Below are positions 48,178 to 52,093 of a stretch of DNA of 52,093 nt, piece by piece. Within the stretch, counting starts at the first letter, position 1. Each line of letters opens with the position of its first letter. The position numbers and the translations under genes were made by a program. Origin of the DNA: Octopus bimaculoides (lineage: Eukaryota); assembly GCF_001194135.2 (NCBI RefSeq), contig NC_068990.1, positions 93,708,911 to 93,761,003 of the forward strand. The letters run 5' to 3'. Under the pieces are notes generated by a model. That model searched no databases, was not told the DNA's origin, and was given only the letters and a program-made list of their open reading frames with translations.

Positions 48178-49827
48178 CCCACGTTATATTTAAGGTTATC
48201 CCTTCCGACATTGATATGCTTTTGAGGTCAGCTTTCTGGTGAATTTTTCCCAGCGACAAGGTTTTATTTTACAAGTTTTCCAGAGTAAAATCAATGTAGA
48301 TTGCGAAAAGTGTTTGAATTTTTATGAGAAGCTGCAGAGAAATTTTTTTAAGGCTTGAAAAGTCTCGTATTATGGTGAGGAATATACGATGTTGAATACA
48401 GTTTCCATTTTGATGAAGGATTCCGACGATTCAGCCCACGACCCTCTGATACCTTGATTAATGTTTTCTCTCCGACTGTTGCCTTCCAGCAAAAATGTAT
48501 TTACCGAAAATATAACTTTGGCGCATTTGTCTCCCAGAATTACATTTGGTTGTGGCCATGCTGTTGTACCGCCTTGAAATTTTGCTTAAACTTGTCGACT
48601 CTAGAATTTTAAAGGCCTGATTTCTGGCAAGCTTGGTTTTCTTTTATTACTTGTTACAGTCAGACTGCGAACCACAAGAAAAATGGATATTTTTTGATTT
48701 TTAAATAATTTTTTGCATATTCGATTTCTTTTTTTATTTTCTAAAAATCTTTACTTGTTTCGATCATTGGACTACGGCCATGCTGGGGCACACCGCTTTG
48801 GAGAATTTTTTAGTCGAATGTAACCACCACATGCTAGAAATAACAGCCAAAACAATTATGAATTTCTTTCTCTTCGAAAGTCCGCCTCCTCGGAAAAAAG
48901 TTTTCACCAAGTTTCTTTATAATCGGTTGATTCATTGAAAATATTTGTTCTGTTCGTTTAATACACATTTATACACCTATTTACACTATTTGGTGCCCGG
49001 GTGTTAAAGTAAGCAGTAGATAAATCACTTACGTGGTTCTTAATTATATCGTGTCTAAAACTTGTATTTGTCGGTGTATAATAATAGCTTCCTCTAAGAC
49101 CAGCATCACGTATCAAGAAAATTGTTCTGTATCTAAATGCGGCTGGATTTACATGTGGGAGTCGGATAAGCTTAGAGTAAACCGAAATATCAATCAGTTG
49201 CTTACGATACGTCGGCAATTTTGTAAAAAGATTCCTCCATCATCGCATACTTGCTCCAGCTCATGTCTTATATAATTATGTCACCATTAAGAATTTTTTT
49301 GTCACCTAAATCATAATTCTAGAAAAATGAAAACAACGATAGACTTTCAAACCATTGCAGTGAATTCGCGTTAATATAATTCTTTTGATTTTGGCGATTT
49401 TCGTTTTCGATGTGTTCTATATGTCACGGTCATGCGATTCCCCCCTTAAAAAAAAAATTTTGGATCCCCCCCCCACACGGGTTTTTTTTTTTTTTGGCGA
49501 TTTTCATTTTTGACATTGTGTTCTACATGTCACGCCTTTTACCGGAGAACATATATTCGAGAATAAAAAAGAATAGAAAGCCTGTAACAATTCGAAAGCA
49601 ATTGATTCTGNNNNNNNNNNNNNNNNNNNNNNNNNNNNNNNNNNNNNNNNNNNNNNNNNNNNNNNNNNNNNNNNNNNNNNNNNNNNNNNNNNNNNNNNNN
49701 NNNNNNNNNNNNNNNNNNNNNNNNNNNNNNNNNNNNNNNNNNNNNNNNNNNNNNNNNNNNNNNNNNNNNNNNNNNNNNNNNNNNNNNNNNNNNNNNNNNN
49801 NNNNNNNNNNNNNNNNNNNNNNNNNNC

Positions 49828-49913
49828 GGAATCTCCATAGCCTAAAACGTGGGATTCCGTAAAAAAAATAAATAAGGGGGGGAGGTTCAGATTACATATA
49901 GTCCATCTGGACC
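49828..49913. mobile_element. Foldback element copy C (right arm; remainder in gap)
   Basis: Matches the right arm of copies A and B. Confidence 0.65.
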
Positions 49914-51902
49914 AATGCAAGATTTGGATTGTCCGCGTTTAGCTGTTATTTCTAGCATATCAAGTTTCGTGGTGGGGACTCCATGTGATCCTTTTTCTGT
50001 TTCAATATAAATGTAAGCCGTTCATTTTCATATAAGTTGCGAGAAGGCTATTCGTACGACCTGGACATGTCAAAAATGAAAATCGCAAAAAACAAAAAAC
50101 AAAAAAAATCATGCTTTCGAATTTTGTTACAGGCTTTCTATTTTTTTTTCGCCAAAATTAAAAAATAAAAAAGTTACAGCCATTTTCCCTCAGTGTCTAA
50201 TTCCAATGTCCACCGAAAATAGAACTGAAACAACTTTGTTAAATGTATAGCTTCATACTTTATCCCAATACACTATCACAAGTTTTACATACATTTCCGC
50301 TACATAACTACTTTAAAATATCTTGCAGCGAGTGTTTATGAAACCCTAAATTTCTCCCAGCCATCCACAACATATATTTGTAGGTCTGACACGTCGACGT
50401 CTACGGTTCCTTCGTCACTTTTCTGTTCTGTACATAAAATGATGGCCTGGCTGTAGTTATCAAATTTGTTGCTGAAGGGAAACTCTCTACAACGTCACAC
50501 TCTCATAGATTTAATAATTAGCTGTTATTAAGCACTGATTTTTATTATTCCTGAATACATATCGAATAGTACTTTGAGGATGTGTACAACTGAAAGCAAT
50601 GATAGGAAAAAATAGATCTCCGTATTTTAGATGAATTACTGCTATAAAATGTAGCTTCACATAATTTAACTGACAATAGTTAATTAATGACCGTTAGAGA
50701 AAGATTGAGCGGGAAGATCGTTTTTTTTTTAATTTACAACCGCCAAACCAACTTCTACTGCATTCGCTGCTATGGATTGATGTTTTTCAATATTTGATAC
50801 CGAAATGGAAATCTATTAAACTTTGTTTCGGCCAGTATAGGCCCAAGCCATGTCTAACTTTTTTTTTCATTTTTAGCAATTCGTACTTAAGAAGGTGGAT
50901 CTCGGGTTTGGCTGTTGATTTCTTCCTCCCCCCTCTGGCAAAGAAAAAGGGGAGGGGAATTAAAATTCTGAAAGCTTGATTCGTCGTTTGGCTGCTGTTT
51001 CTAGCATGTCGAGTTTTGTTTTGATCTCTTTGTTTGCTACTATTTACTTTTGAAAAATTGAAATTACAAAATTACTTTTTCAGAATCATAATCTCCGTAC
51101 TTCTCCAAAGTTAGAAAAAAAAATACCGATTTCTTTTGCAGATTCGAAATCTCCGCAGTCGAAAAGGTGGCTTTCTATAGAAGCCGCCCCAAATAACCGA
51201 AAGTGGGCGCGGTCCATGTCCGTTACCTCTGCCGTTTATTTCTAGCATGTGGATAAACCTGCTTGAAGGGTTAGGCTAGAATTAGGAGGGGAGGATTCAT
51301 ATTTTTCCCAATATATATCCATTTTCTAAGTTATGATGGAAAAATCGGATCCTGTGAATTTTCCGAAACCCCTCCAAGTTCGTTTGCGCAAATTTGTTTC
51401 AGATTCGCTTTCTCCATTTTACACTCAGCAAGCTGGTATATTTGTTTTCATTAACGGGTGAGGATCTTTATATTAACCGACTTTTGAAGGTGAGACAAAA
51501 ATGGGACAGGATAATCCGAAGTATTTTTGTTCCTACAAATGAGAAAAAGCACCATCTATAAATGTATGCTGGGATTCATTGTAAAGCATTCATCGATGCA
51601 TAAAGGAATGTTGCATATCCAGCAAATGCAACGAGTCCTGCAAGTGTTTGCTCACTCGTCTACATTTGAAAGCTACTTTGGAAGTCTTAGAAGGCCTTTT
51701 AAACGTTCAGCTACATCTCACAAATTTATAAACGATAGCTTTGTGCGGTTAACTTCGAAGTGAACAGCTGTCTACTACTTCGATCCAGTTCATAGTGTTA
51801 CCATTCGATTAGTGACTCGCAACACCCATGTTTGATTTTAGAATATTAGACGATAAAAAAGCATATCAGTGTCGGAAGGGATAACCTTAAATATAACGTG
51901 GG

Positions 51903-51918
51903 GGCCCTGAAAAGGGCC
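51903..51918 (-). promoter_or_regulatory. Histone 3' stem-loop (second H4)
   Basis: Reverse complement GGCCCTTTTCAGGGCC. Confidence 0.95.
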
Positions 51919-51949
51919 GGTGTGTGACGAAGCTTGAGAAATTCTAAGC

Positions 51950-52093
<144 letters not shown>

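Noticed and set aside
48772-48800. CTACGGCCAT resembling a 5S rRNA 5' end near the histone genes
   Set aside because: The following sequence matches the family-2 SINE tail, with no 5S internal control region or structure.

Overview
AT-rich, microsatellite- and SINE-dense eukaryotic genomic DNA with several N-gaps. Repeat families, C2H2-ZNF style and gene structure point to an octopus/coleoid cephalopod (inference). Main content: (1) a complete 14-coding-exon ATF6 (ER-stress membrane-bound bZIP factor, ~651 aa) at 14957-28668 (+), which I spliced by hand with every intron phase consistent; (2) two convergent KRAB-less C2H2 zinc-finger genes (34011-35144 +, 12 fingers; 39613-40518 -, 10 fingers), both with decayed extra fingers past the stop; (3) a replication-dependent histone cluster: H2A(+), H3(-), H4(+) and a second inverted H4(-), each with the 16-nt stem-loop; (4) a decayed near-full-length mariner, a Tx1/L1-like LINE, an RTE-like RT fragment, several MITEs, Penelope-type ends carrying minimal hammerhead ribozymes, and many SINEs. 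Most notable observations: a non-canonical histone downstream element at an identical offset in H2A, H3 and H4, which predicts a divergent U7 snRNA; an ATF4-like uORF layout in the ATF6 leader, including a 3-codon uORF made by a 62-nt intron and a uORF overlapping the start; an intact Penelope-type minimal hammerhead antisense and upstream of ATF6; and foldback elements clustered among the histone genes. No gene could be confidently identified in 1-12000.
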